Below, piece after piece: positions 30,698 through 40,161 of a stretch of DNA of 64,000 bases. Within the stretch, counting starts at the first letter, position 1; each line of letters starts with the position of its first letter. The notes below the pieces were generated by a model. It saw only the letters and a program-made list of their open reading frames with translations. It was not told where the DNA came from and searched no databases. The translations under genes were made by a program, and so were the position numbers. The stretch is from an uncultured virus (IMG/VR IMGVR_UViG_3300022927_000014). Taxonomy: Duplodnaviria; Heunggongvirae; Uroviricota; Caudoviricetes. The stretch lies in IMG/VR virus record IMGVR_UViG_3300022927_000014. One strand, given 5' to 3'.

Positions 30698-31183
30698 ATG
30701 AGAAGAATCACAGCATCCGAGAAAATCGCCCAGCTTGAAAAGAGAGTCGCTCAACTTGAAAAAGAAAGCTTTGACTTAAAGCAGATTCCAGATTGGCTCT
30801 TTGGAAGAGTGGATTCTAAAATGGAAGACCTTCATACACAACTTAACTACAACTTCAAAAATCTTTTTGGAAACAAGGTTAAAATCACCTATCCTGTTAA
30901 ACAACAGATCAAAAACCCTTTTAATGTTTCACAAGCTAAGTATGTAGGTAAGCTCATTGTTGGTCGTGAACACATTAACTACACTGTTCTTGTTCTTAAC
31001 AACTCTAAAATCCAACTCGAGGGACTCAACCCTTTCTCACCAGAGCAGTTCTATAAGTCTTCTAACTTTGTTTTCTACATCTCTAACAAGAAGGTTGTTT
31101 CTTCAAGAGACATTACCTCTGTTGCTTCTTTAGAAGCTATTGTAGATGCTATTGAAGCTAAGTACTCTCATATCTTAGCCTAA
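30698..31183 (+). CDS. Leader-bearing orphan protein (leader MRRITASEKIAQLEKRVAQLEKES)
   Basis: RBS AAAGGA; N-terminal 24 aa shared with four other genes; body unrelated to theirs. Confidence 0.75.
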   Translation: MRRITASEKIAQLEKRVAQLEKESFDLKQIPDWLFGRVDSKMEDLHTQLNYNFKNLFGNKVKITYPVKQQIKNPFNVSQAKYVGKLIVGREHINYTVLVLNNSKIQLEGLNPFSPEQFYKSSNFVFYISNKKVVSSRDITSVASLEAIVDAIEAKYSHILA

Positions 31184-31629
31184 ACCCCATCTAAAGGGTG
31201 TCTTAAAGAATGATGTGAAGGCTTACTTGATTTGAAGTAGGCTTCCATTATTCTTACTAGGTCAGAATTTGTCCATGCAATACCATCATTAGATTCTTCT
31301 GGTTTTGGTTCTACTACTTCAGGCTCAAAAGGCATTTCTGAAAGAACTATTGCATGGACATTCTTCCTACCTTGTGCAATAGCTTTTATAGCTCTATGGC
31401 AACCATCTATAATATTTCCATTGTGTACTAAGATAGGGAATGAGAGATCAGCTTCCAATACTCTTCCTATATGATCACACAGGTGTGTCTGACCCCAGAA
31501 CCATTTTTGTAAAAAAGAGTCTGGTATAGACCATTCAACGAATGTTTGGTCTTTCGTCATCTCCCAAAGTTTTTTTACTTCCCATTGGTAAGTCACACCA
31601 TTTTCAGTGTGGGAATAAGTATGTCCCAT
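31180..31629 (-). CDS. ParB/sulfiredoxin N-terminal-like domain protein
   Basis: ADLSFPILV...IIDGCHRAIKA motif. Confidence 0.7.
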   Translation of the reverse strand: MGHTYSHTENGVTYQWEVKKLWEMTKDQTFVEWSIPDSFLQKWFWGQTHLCDHIGRVLEADLSFPILVHNGNIIDGCHRAIKAIAQGRKNVHAIVLSEMPFEPEVVEPKPEESNDGIAWTNSDLVRIMEAYFKSSKPSHHSLRHPLDGV

Positions 31630-31633
31630 GTGT

Positions 31634-33412
31634 TTACTCCATGCTAGAGAGCATCTCTAAGTTTGCTTTTAATCTTCTTCTGTAACTAGGGTCTCTTTTA
31701 ACCCTACTAGCAATTCTTTGCAGAGCTGCTTTTTTGTTTCCTTTGAACTTCTTTTTAATAAAGTCAGCAACGATACCAACAGTCTTAATGCCTTGACTAA
31801 AGAGGTATTTAACTAGCCAACCTAGTAGTATAAAAGGTTCTGATGCGATTGCAAAGAGAATACCTACCAAAGCAGTAATAAAAGAAGCAGAGCTTAAAAG
31901 GATAGATAAAGTAGTAGATCCTAATACAACACCCATTTTTCTTAGGTGTGAAGCTGTAAACTTAGCATTTGTTAGCAATGCAAAGATGGCTACAAAAACA
32001 ATGAACCCACCAGCAGAAGTTGCAGCACCCATTAGCACTGTTTTTGCAGAAAGAGCTTTACCTGTAAAGAGGAAACTCTTAAGGTAAGGCCAGATAAGCT
32101 TAAAAGCAGCTATTTTCAGCCCAACAAAAATTGATTTAACTGCTAATATCTTAGTGTCTGGCAACAAAGATAGATACTTCATTATCTCAGAATACTTGCG
32201 AATAGAGTACATCAAAACAATTTGTGCTTTAGAAGAAGGCTCTTTGAAGTTTGGTATTTCGTGTAGGCTAAATTTACCTTTTTGTACAGACTTGTACTCA
32301 TCATACTTTCTTCTAAGCTCAAACAACTCTCCTTTTAGCAAAGCCTCATCTGCTCTATTGTCAGCCAGCTCAATCTTCTCTTCTAGTTCTCTAATTTGCA
32401 TAGCTACAGATTCAAACTTTGAATTATTCTCAGCTACAACTTCTCTGTACTTTTGAGAAATTGTACTTTTAATGTCTTTCATATCTTCAAAGCTAGTAGT
32501 AAGAAACCATCCTTCTTTTAGATTTATATACTCATCTAACAAAGAAAGGTACTCTTTGTAGTTTGGATCAAAGCCAAAAAATTTCTCTAGACGTTCAAAT
32601 GGTATATTTGCAGCCATAGCTACTTCGCCTAGAGTTTTTGCTTTAACTAAAGTAACGACATTATCCGCCCAGATTGCAGGATTCCTTTGAGGGTCAAATT
32701 CATCTAAAACCATCTGTGCGAAAGGGTTGTGCTCTGCCATTTTCTTTACTGTCTTTGGAGTATACTCAACAAACATAGGCCAAAGAGAGCCTAAGTGTAT
32801 TTTTTTATTCAAGACAGCTCCAATCAAGTACTTAACCTTAGCAACCATTCCCTTATCTATCTTCTTGCTTGCTTTTTCAGAGATGTCATTAATGACAGTA
32901 GCAGTAGCATCTAAAACTACTTTCTCTTTATCAGAAGCAAGTCTTCTATTGTCAGACATAAGGTGTGCAAGAATTAAGTTATTCATACTAGCTTTTTTAC
33001 TGTGTTTCATTTTCCAAGACTTCCATTTGCTATGTGCAGGACTAGATTTGAGTGAGGGGTCATGCCCCCAATTTCTGAGACTGATTTCCCATTTGGACAT
33101 TCCAGAGCCCTTAATAGGTTGTCCTGGTTTGCCACCTAACATACGAGAGTTAAAACCATTCTCCTGAGCAGCATTATCAAAGTCTTGAGCTGTCCATTTG
33201 TCGAATGGCTTCGACTTTCTTCTCTTTATTCTGTGAAAAGAGTCATAGCCAGATTGTATATCACCAGCTTCTTCTGCTTCTTCTCTATTAATTGAAGCAA
33301 GAAGCCTATCATCATTCTTTGCCCATGAGTCTAAAGACTTCTGACTCATGTTTATAAGTGACTTCCACTTATTGTAGATTTCTTTTTTTTCTTCTGGTGA
33401 TCTTTTGGCCAT
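31634..33412 (-). CDS. Multidomain protein: DUF3140-like N-terminus, coiled coil, multi-pass hydrophobic region
   Basis: INMSQKSLDSW...SLRNWGHDP resembles DUF3140; KKAS/RRLAS linker; long hydrophobic C-terminal third; KKAALQRIASR tail; RBS AAGGAGG. Confidence 0.65.
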   Translation of the reverse strand: MAKRSPEEKKEIYNKWKSLINMSQKSLDSWAKNDDRLLASINREEAEEAGDIQSGYDSFHRIKRRKSKPFDKWTAQDFDNAAQENGFNSRMLGGKPGQPIKGSGMSKWEISLRNWGHDPSLKSSPAHSKWKSWKMKHSKKASMNNLILAHLMSDNRRLASDKEKVVLDATATVINDISEKASKKIDKGMVAKVKYLIGAVLNKKIHLGSLWPMFVEYTPKTVKKMAEHNPFAQMVLDEFDPQRNPAIWADNVVTLVKAKTLGEVAMAANIPFERLEKFFGFDPNYKEYLSLLDEYINLKEGWFLTTSFEDMKDIKSTISQKYREVVAENNSKFESVAMQIRELEEKIELADNRADEALLKGELFELRRKYDEYKSVQKGKFSLHEIPNFKEPSSKAQIVLMYSIRKYSEIMKYLSLLPDTKILAVKSIFVGLKIAAFKLIWPYLKSFLFTGKALSAKTVLMGAATSAGGFIVFVAIFALLTNAKFTASHLRKMGVVLGSTTLSILLSSASFITALVGILFAIASEPFILLGWLVKYLFSQGIKTVGIVADFIKKKFKGNKKAALQRIASRVKRDPSYRRRLKANLEMLSSME

Positions 33413-33442
33413 AAGACACCTCCTTACACTACCTTATTTATA

Positions 33443-33457
33443 CTTATAAATAGATTA
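33443..33457 (-). promoter_or_regulatory. Putative late promoter motif
   Basis: TAATCTATTTATAAG about 31 nt upstream of 33412; first 13 nt identical to the 28725 site. Confidence 0.6.
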
Positions 33458-33868
33458 GTGATAAGTGATGTGGTTGTACCCATGAATTAAGTCTGGAAAA
33501 AGATCCATGATGTCTAAAGATTGGATATTAACTGCTTCAGCTACATCTTCAAGATTACAAGAAATAGCACTAGGGTAGTTGCTACTTTTGTCGTATAGCA
33601 CACCAATGACTTTTCTGTTCCCTATAATATCTTGAATTAAAAACCAGATGTAAACAAAATCTGAGTTGAGCATTTTTTTGTTTACAAATTTAACCCACTC
33701 CTCATTACTTCCCAGAAGAAGCTCTATGTTTTCATAATCTTCTTCTGTATAATAAGCGTGTGGTGGCATAGTAGTTAAATCTACACCTTTCTCTATAGCA
33801 ATCCTTGCGTGGTTCTGCATAAAAGAGATACATGAGTTAAGTAATTTATTATGGAGGATGTTTGACAT
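33455..33868 (-). CDS. Hypothetical protein
   Basis: ORF 33455..33925 with a probable start at 33868 (MSNILH). Confidence 0.5.
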   Translation of the reverse strand: MSNILHNKLLNSCISFMQNHARIAIEKGVDLTTMPPHAYYTEEDYENIELLLGSNEEWVKFVNKKMLNSDFVYIWFLIQDIIGNRKVIGVLYDKSSNYPSAISCNLEDVAEAVNIQSLDIMDLFPDLIHGYNHITYH

Positions 33869-34112
33869 GAAGCCCAAACCTTTCAAATCTAAAGAATATA
33901 TTGTTGAGTTTAAAAAATATGGCAACCTGATATCTCAGTTGCGTAATGTTCTTTCTTCTTATAGAAATAGCAGTAGCTTATGGGAAAACAATGACCTATT
34001 AAACCAAACTAAGAGATGTCAGAAAGAATTAGATTCTCTGATGGGTATGATAAGCAGTATTGAAAAGAAAGAATCAGCCAGACTAAGGAAAGAGAAAAAT
34101 GCCAACTTATAA
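33858..34112 (+). CDS. Hypothetical small coiled-coil protein
   Basis: 84 aa; GGAGG immediately upstream; overlaps the start of the FmdB-like gene. Confidence 0.45.
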   Translation: MFDMKPKPFKSKEYIVEFKKYGNLISQLRNVLSSYRNSSSLWENNDLLNQTKRCQKELDSLMGMISSIEKKESARLRKEKNANL

Positions 34113-34284
34113 CTACAGGTGCAAAAAAGAAGAGTGCAAACACGAGTTTGAAAAAATGCACAAGATGAATGACCCTAAGCCTGACTGTCCTAAGTGTAAA
34201 GAACCAGACCCAGAGAAGCTAATTTCTAAGAGTGGTACTTTTATACTAAAGGGCAAAGGCTGGTTTAATACAGGTGGCTACTAG
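34099..34284 (+). CDS. FmdB-family zinc ribbon protein
   Basis: MPTYNYRC..C.HEFE...CPKC...KLIS...FILKGKGWF signature. Confidence 0.85.
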   Translation: MPTYNYRCKKEECKHEFEKMHKMNDPKPDCPKCKEPDPEKLISKSGTFILKGKGWFNTGGY

Positions 34285-34607
34285 TGAGACCTTACCTATT
34301 CCCTATCTTCTTACTTTGCGTGTCAAATGTGATATTCTGGTTTAAGGGGAACTCAAAAGAGCTTTTCGGTCTTGATTGGAGTCCTTTTAAGTGGTGGCTT
34401 TTTACAAGCCTATTTACTAATTATATGACCTTAACTGCATGGTGGAAGCTAATCCAGCTAGGGGATGTTTGGAAAGCTGGAGTTGTTTGGGGCTTGGTGA
34501 GTTTGACAACAGACCTCTTACTGAACACTGCATATTTTGGATTTAATTGGAAAGGCATACTTGCATTGTGTTTATGTGCAATAGCAGCCTTAATTGCTCA
34601 TAGTTAG
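34284..34607 (+). CDS. Small multi-pass membrane protein (SMR/DMT-sized)
   Basis: 107 aa with about four hydrophobic segments; GTG start overlaps the upstream TAG. Confidence 0.6.
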   Translation: MRPYLFPIFLLCVSNVIFWFKGNSKELFGLDWSPFKWWLFTSLFTNYMTLTAWWKLIQLGDVWKAGVVWGLVSLTTDLLLNTAYFGFNWKGILALCLCAIAALIAHS

Positions 34608-34618
34608 TTTATTTATAC
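34605..34618 (+). promoter_or_regulatory. Putative late promoter motif upstream of the topoisomerase IB gene
   Basis: TAGTTTATTTATAC about 38 nt upstream of ATG 34656. Confidence 0.45.
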
Positions 34619-34655
34619 TTTGCTGTAGGCAACAAGTGCAGCAAAGGTGTTGAAG

Positions 34656-35993
34656 ATGACTACTAAGAAGAAAAAGATTAAAGAAAAGAAACAGCTTGCC
34701 TTTCAAAAAAAGTCAGCAGCCGCTTTTAGAGCTTTAGGGAGAGCTGTTTATAGACATAGGCACAAAGCTAGGAAAAAGTACCCTAGCAGGTCAAATGAGT
34801 CGTTTAAGAAAAGAGGTAGATGGCTTATCCGCTTTCTGGATAAAGAACCTAAGACCATAGAATTTCTTGATACCTTTATTGGAACAGAAGATATGAATCC
34901 TCGAACAAAAGGTTGGAGAAGAAAAGTCTTAGAGCTTCTCTCTCTTTACCTTTTAAACAAGATCACATTGAGAGAAGCCTCTAAACTATTTGTGCCTATA
35001 GCTGCTAAGTCTTATGAAGTTGTTGCTTTAAACAAACAGCAAAATAAGATTCAAAAAACATTGCCACCAGAGATCATGGCCTTTTTGCCTAGCTCTATTG
35101 TTGTAGAAGTAGACAAAAACAACAACATCAAGGGCATCAATGATATGTTTGTAAATGATACATATACATTGAAGGAAAAAATAAAGACCCAGAAGAAGCT
35201 AGTTTACCGATACAACACTATTGTTAAGCAAGTAAAGAAAGATATGAAATCCAGAGATGAGATTACTAAGCTCTGTGCTTTAGTTACTTCCATCATAATG
35301 GAAACAGGCATTAGACCTGGAAAGATTGGTAATAGTGCTGTCAAGATTATAGAAGACAAGAAGATAGAAGTAGAGACTTTTGGAGCTGTTTCTCTCAATG
35401 CAGACCATGTGTCTTTTGTTAAAGACAACTTTGCAGAATTAAAGTTTGTAGGTAAGAAGGGTGGCTTGAACACAGCATCTCTCAAAGACTCAGATGTGAT
35501 CAAAGTTTTAAAAGACTATGTAGATAACTCATTGAAGTCTGGTTCTAAGTACATATTTACAACTAGAGATGGTGAACAGTTTGATTACAAAGACCTTTCA
35601 AGCTACTTTAGGAAGAACTTTAAGGGCTTTAAAATCACAGACTTTAGAAAGCTAAGAGCTACTAGAACTGTTTTTGAGGTTCTTAAAGATGAAAGAAGAA
35701 ATATGCTAGGCAGGATCAAAGAGATTGCGTCTGGTGAGGTTGAGTCTATCAAAGCTAAAGCTACCGAAGAGATTGTTAAAACAATAGAATTGGCTCACCA
35801 GCAGGCACAGGCTGCCTTGAGTCACATGGATTCAAGCACAACTCAAGATGCTTATATTAACCCTCAGGTTCTCTTACGCTTCTTAAGCACTGCAAAGATA
35901 GAGTCTTCTTTTAGAGACTATATCATGCAAGGCAAAACAAAGTTCAGATTTGATCCTATGATGTTTGTTAAAGAAGCTGAGAAGCTGGCATAA
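34656..35993 (+). CDS. DNA topoisomerase IB (poxvirus/bacterial type)
   Basis: Catalytic residues in order: ETGIRPG (R), FVGKKG (K), KITDFRKLRAT (R), LSH (H), TTQDAYINP (Y). Confidence 0.85.
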   Translation: MTTKKKKIKEKKQLAFQKKSAAAFRALGRAVYRHRHKARKKYPSRSNESFKKRGRWLIRFLDKEPKTIEFLDTFIGTEDMNPRTKGWRRKVLELLSLYLLNKITLREASKLFVPIAAKSYEVVALNKQQNKIQKTLPPEIMAFLPSSIVVEVDKNNNIKGINDMFVNDTYTLKEKIKTQKKLVYRYNTIVKQVKKDMKSRDEITKLCALVTSIIMETGIRPGKIGNSAVKIIEDKKIEVETFGAVSLNADHVSFVKDNFAELKFVGKKGGLNTASLKDSDVIKVLKDYVDNSLKSGSKYIFTTRDGEQFDYKDLSSYFRKNFKGFKITDFRKLRATRTVFEVLKDERRNMLGRIKEIASGEVESIKAKATEEIVKTIELAHQQAQAALSHMDSSTTQDAYINPQVLLRFLSTAKIESSFRDYIMQGKTKFRFDPMMFVKEAEKLA

Positions 35994-36474
35994 GCTTTAT
36001 AGGTTCTACATCAGAAGCCCAATGGTTTCTAATTGAGTTAATGATATAGTGACCATGCTCTACTTTATTGACCTTAATATCTCCATGAGTTGAATTGGTA
36101 TAGATCATATACCTTGCTCTGGGTACGTCATCAAATAGGATGTCTGTTAAAACTGTGTCAACTTCAAGACTATCTATAAAAAAAGAAAAGTATGTTGTGA
36201 TCTCAGCTTTAGGTAAAGAAGGATGGCTCATAACCACAGAGTGATACCTATATTCTTTGTTAGCAGAAATATCTTTTTGATCCTCTGTTGTCTTGACAAA
36301 TTCGTAACCCATTTCAAGCATTAGACTTTGATAAAAACTCGTTGTGTTTGCTAAAAACAAGTACATCTGAACTTCATAATCATCACCAACAGCATTTGAG
36401 AAGCTAATAATAGGGTCTGGGATATTTATGTTCATAATCCTTTGACCATTTGAAACTTGTGTATAATTATCCAT
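35968..36474 (-). CDS. Hypothetical protein
   Basis: 168 aa ORF coupled to the upstream gene; RBS GAGG. Confidence 0.55.
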   Translation of the reverse strand: MDNYTQVSNGQRIMNINIPDPIISFSNAVGDDYEVQMYLFLANTTSFYQSLMLEMGYEFVKTTEDQKDISANKEYRYHSVVMSHPSLPKAEITTYFSFFIDSLEVDTVLTDILFDDVPRARYMIYTNSTHGDIKVNKVEHGHYIINSIRNHWASDVEPIKLMPASQLL

Positions 36475-37075
36475 TTGTTAACCTCACAAAAGCTCTAGGA
36501 ATCCAATATGATTCAGACTGTCTGAGCATAGTCTGAAAATCTTCTTCGGACATGTCTGTAGGAGTTCCACCATCCCAGCCATAATAGTTGGCTTTCAAAG
36601 CATAGGGTGTAATAGGTGGCATAGATTCATCATTGTCTGGATATGCATTTATGCTTATTAGTTCCCAATTATCTGCACGAGGCTCTAGCTCATTGTCACC
36701 TGTTATAGAAAGGGCTAATGAGTTGTAGAAAATCAACCCTACTTTTTGAGCTTGGGGTTTCTGACTACGAAGAACTTCCCTGTAAGGTCTCGGTTCTTCA
36801 CCTTCTACTCTAGACCTAATTCCCTCAAAGACTTCTTCATCTTCTTGTATTAAACAAACTGCTGAATAAAAGTGTTGGCTTAGGTTTTCTGGGAGAGTAG
36901 CAACGAGGACTCTACCACCTTCATTGTGGTTTAATGGTAGATATCCTTCTCTTGTTTCAGCAACTAGTAAGAGATTAGCCACTTCCTCTAAGGGGAGTGT
37001 AGAGTGAGATAGGGGTGCTTCTGCGGTGTGTCTTTTAGCAAAGCTATTTACAGCAATCTTGTTTATAGTAGTCAA
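36467..37075 (-). CDS. Hypothetical protein, DUF3228-like
   Basis: NSFAKRH...RSRVEGEEP...WELISINA...PITP...NY..GG pattern recalled from DUF3228; TTG start behind AAAGGA. Confidence 0.55.
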   Translation of the reverse strand: MTTINKIAVNSFAKRHTAEAPLSHSTLPLEEVANLLLVAETREGYLPLNHNEGGRVLVATLPENLSQHFYSAVCLIQEDEEVFEGIRSRVEGEEPRPYREVLRSQKPQAQKVGLIFYNSLALSITGDNELEPRADNWELISINAYPDNDESMPPITPYALKANYYGWDGGTPTDMSEEDFQTMLRQSESYWIPRAFVRLTNG

Positions 37076-37150
37076 TTAAATTTCCTTTTGTGTAATATAA
37101 TACCTAATCTAATGTGTTTTTTTTCTTAGATCGAACACTATACTTATAGA

Positions 37151-38572
37151 TTACTCTAAAGAAGTTCCTTTAATTTCTTTAATCTTATCAGAGATTTTTT
37201 TGAGGTACTTATCCGTAGTAGCCTCTATGCTTTTTAGTTCTATACCTGTAAACTCAAAATACTGCATAGCTTCTTCATTATCTAATAGCTGTTTAGCTAC
37301 CTCTGATGTACTGATTTCACCTTGGTAATTCTCACCTTCTTCATTGGTTATATAGCACAAACAAAGCTCTCCTTGAGGGTTTTCCTTTGTGAAAACATAA
37401 CATTTATCTCTGATATAGGTTGAGGAGCTAGGGTCTGATGGTTTGTAGCCCTCTCTCTTATCAATTTCCTCTAAGACTTTTTGAGCATGTTCAATAGGGT
37501 ACTCTAAAAGCATACCTTCCATATACCCATATGGCTTAGTTCCAAGTACAAGATGTTTTCTTCCTGTGCTATATATGTTGAAAGACCTTGATAGGTTATT
37601 AACATGGCCTCTTCTCTTTTTTGTGATTAGCTCTGGAAAGATAGGTTCATACATAAGAGAGCCATAGACGAAAACCTTTAGAGTGTTTTCATGTGGGGCC
37701 ATTAGAGGAATGTCTAACTTATTTTTTTCTAGGTTTGACAGAGTGACTTCACCCTCATCATTTAGATAAATACGCTTAACACAAAACTTACATTTCTCTT
37801 TGCCCTTGAAGTGTTTCTCATAGCCCTCATAAATACTATCTTCATCTATTAGGATTACAGTCATTCTTTTATACACAGGGTCTAATATGATCTGATTAGA
37901 AGTGAACATATTGTCTGTCTTTCTAACCACATTAAAAGGATTATGTATGTCCTTTATTCTTTGAGTATAAAGCTTTTTGACTAGATCCATTGGAGATCTT
38001 TTGTAGGATTGCATTGCTTTCAATGCAGTATTGTATCTCGTTTCAGAAGATTCCCTATCTTCACCCTCAAGGTAGCCTGCGTCTGGGTGTCTAATACCGT
38101 GATTAGTTCTAACAAAGTGTTTATCTGTAATCTCCTCAACCTTTGGAGAATGCAAGCTTGTTTGTTCTACAATAAAAGTGTTCTTACCATCCGTGATAAT
38201 ATTATGACCTCTAACACCATTCCTATGGTGTGTCATTACATGAAGTGCTTCTAAAAGAGAATTACACTCTAAAGCCTTTAGAAACCTCCAAGCATCTCCT
38301 GAGAATCTGTTTCTATCTCCAGGTCTTTTTTTCTTACCCTCTTTTTCATCAGAGATTACAGCAAGAGCAGCATTTGTTATTGCAATACCATGCTCATTAA
38401 TGCCCTCTACCCAGCCCGATATAGTATCTTGGAAATAAAGTATTTCAGTGCCATTTTCAGCCCTTACATGGTATATCTTAAAAGTAGGGACATAGTTCCT
38501 ATCTCTATTTTTGAACACTATCTTTCTATTTCCTACTTCAGTGAGTGCAATCACACAAGCGTTTTTATCCAT
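37151..38572 (-). CDS. Fusion of an N-terminal Cys Ntn-hydrolase (C45/C59-like) and a ChaC/GGCT-like cyclotransferase
   Basis: C-VIA...FKNRDR...EGINEHGIAITN...VRTNH (Ntn fold), followed by VFVYGSLMY...RSF...EEIDKREG (GGCT/ChaC fold). Confidence 0.8.
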   Translation of the reverse strand: MDKNACVIALTEVGNRKIVFKNRDRNYVPTFKIYHVRAENGTEILYFQDTISGWVEGINEHGIAITNAALAVISDEKEGKKKRPGDRNRFSGDAWRFLKALECNSLLEALHVMTHHRNGVRGHNIITDGKNTFIVEQTSLHSPKVEEITDKHFVRTNHGIRHPDAGYLEGEDRESSETRYNTALKAMQSYKRSPMDLVKKLYTQRIKDIHNPFNVVRKTDNMFTSNQIILDPVYKRMTVILIDEDSIYEGYEKHFKGKEKCKFCVKRIYLNDEGEVTLSNLEKNKLDIPLMAPHENTLKVFVYGSLMYEPIFPELITKKRRGHVNNLSRSFNIYSTGRKHLVLGTKPYGYMEGMLLEYPIEHAQKVLEEIDKREGYKPSDPSSSTYIRDKCYVFTKENPQGELCLCYITNEEGENYQGEISTSEVAKQLLDNEEAMQYFEFTGIELKSIEATTDKYLKKISDKIKEIKGTSLE

Positions 38573-38641
38573 AGTGGGAATCCTTTGTTTTTATATCTCT
38601 ATAGGATAAAGGTATATAACAATTACAATACGAGGCGAGAA

Positions 38642-39052
38642 ATGAGACACTCAAACCAAAGACAGGAGCATGATATGGGTGCTGGTATTATGCTTACTTG
38701 CAAGAAAAAAGTTTTAATACTCAAAAGGGCTAACTACAAGAAAGATCCTTTTGCAGGATATTGGAACTTTCCAGGTGGTAAAACAGATAACACTGAATCT
38801 GCATATGAAACAGCCCTTCGAGAAACCTTTGAAGAAACAGGCTTTGAAGAAAGAGACATTAAGATCTATAAACATGTAGAAAGCAGAGGCTACACAATGT
38901 TTATAGGTGTTCTTGATGAAGAGTATATGCCTGTTCTTGATGAAGAACACACAGACTACAAATGGGTAGATATTGAAGAAGTAAGAAACTATATCTTACA
39001 CCCAAAAGATGAAAGGTGCTTCAAGAAGTATCTTGCTAGCAAGAAGAAATAA
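38642..39052 (+). CDS. NUDIX hydrolase
   Basis: Nudix box GGKTDNTESAYETALRETFEETG; start is 38642 or a slightly later Met. Confidence 0.9.
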   Translation: MRHSNQRQEHDMGAGIMLTCKKKVLILKRANYKKDPFAGYWNFPGGKTDNTESAYETALRETFEETGFEERDIKIYKHVESRGYTMFIGVLDEEYMPVLDEEHTDYKWVDIEEVRNYILHPKDERCFKKYLASKKK

Positions 39053-40117
39053 CTACCAGACTTGGAAGTGAACTCCTAAAGACCAAGTGTTAGTTCCATC
39101 AGATCCTGCTACCCAACCGAGACCAGGTGCTAGGTTTAGGTTCTTACCTAGCAAATAAGGATGCCATGTTGCTTTTGCCCCCAAGAAAACATTTGAGGGA
39201 GTGATAACACCATTAGCACCTATTCTGTATTGGCCTTTCTGGAAGTTAAGTAAACTTGCTCCGATGGAAAGCCCAAATTCATTCGCTTGATAAGTACTGC
39301 CTACCAAAAGACTAGGTTCAAAAAGTTTTAACAAAGTAGAGTTCTGAGCATCTTTTTTAGGTACATATATGAGCTTACTGTCAAGGTTAGGGTCGCCTTT
39401 TATGAGCTTGCTTTCAAGACCTGGTATTGGAACAAAATTGCCTTCTTGAACATAGCCACCTAATACATGAATCCCTTGATTCTGAACAGCACCAGAACCC
39501 AATCTTGATTGATCTTCACCATATGTGATGGCTACAACTTTAAAGGCTAAGTTAAGGTCAATGCTTCCAAGACCTTTCCATAGATTCAGAGAAGAGAATC
39601 TAGCTAGTGGTTTGCCATTTACTTGATAAGGAGACTCCCATTCAAAAGTGAATGGGGTACATTTATCTGGGTGGTCAGAGCATCTAGTTATATCTAGTCC
39701 GTCTACACCTTTCCAAGACGGGGGTGGTGCTGTTTTTTCTTTTACAGTCCTACCTATTTTCCCAATCCCTTTTTTAATCCTACCCTCCATACCTAAAACT
39801 CTTTGAGAGATACTATCTACCCTAGCACCTGTTTCTTTTGTGTATTTGTAAATAGCATCTTGTGTTCTTTGGTCTAGATTCGAAATAATCTTTGAAGATT
39901 GTTCTTCTAGCTCTTTCCTTGAAACCATTTGAGATTTAACAACATTAATCTCATCTCTGGTCTCTGACAAGATTCTAGCAGTCTTACTTAACTCTCCATT
40001 CATTTGTTTCTGAATAGTGTTGTCTAACTGACTTATCTTATAGGTCATCCATGCATTGTTAGCAAGAGAGAGTGTGAGCAGACCTGAAGCTATATATGCT
40101 GCTATTTTAATATCCAT
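39053..40117 (-). CDS. Envelope protein: N-terminal TM/signal, coiled coil, C-terminal amphipathic beta-strands
   Basis: MDIKIAAYIASGLLTLSLA; heptad region; ends ...WSLGVHFQVW; start 40117 behind AAAGGA. Confidence 0.65.
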   Translation of the reverse strand: MDIKIAAYIASGLLTLSLANNAWMTYKISQLDNTIQKQMNGELSKTARILSETRDEINVVKSQMVSRKELEEQSSKIISNLDQRTQDAIYKYTKETGARVDSISQRVLGMEGRIKKGIGKIGRTVKEKTAPPPSWKGVDGLDITRCSDHPDKCTPFTFEWESPYQVNGKPLARFSSLNLWKGLGSIDLNLAFKVVAITYGEDQSRLGSGAVQNQGIHVLGGYVQEGNFVPIPGLESKLIKGDPNLDSKLIYVPKKDAQNSTLLKLFEPSLLVGSTYQANEFGLSIGASLLNFQKGQYRIGANGVITPSNVFLGAKATWHPYLLGKNLNLAPGLGWVAGSDGTNTWSLGVHFQVW

Positions 40118-40161
40118 TTTATTGTCCTTTGTCTTAGGCATCATTAAAAAAGAGGTATATA

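Noticed and set aside
34656..35993. Integrase marking a prophage or mobile element
   Set aside because: The motif context (GIRPG, F.GK.G, DFR, AYINP) fits topoisomerase IB better, and no att-like repeats or host genes flank it
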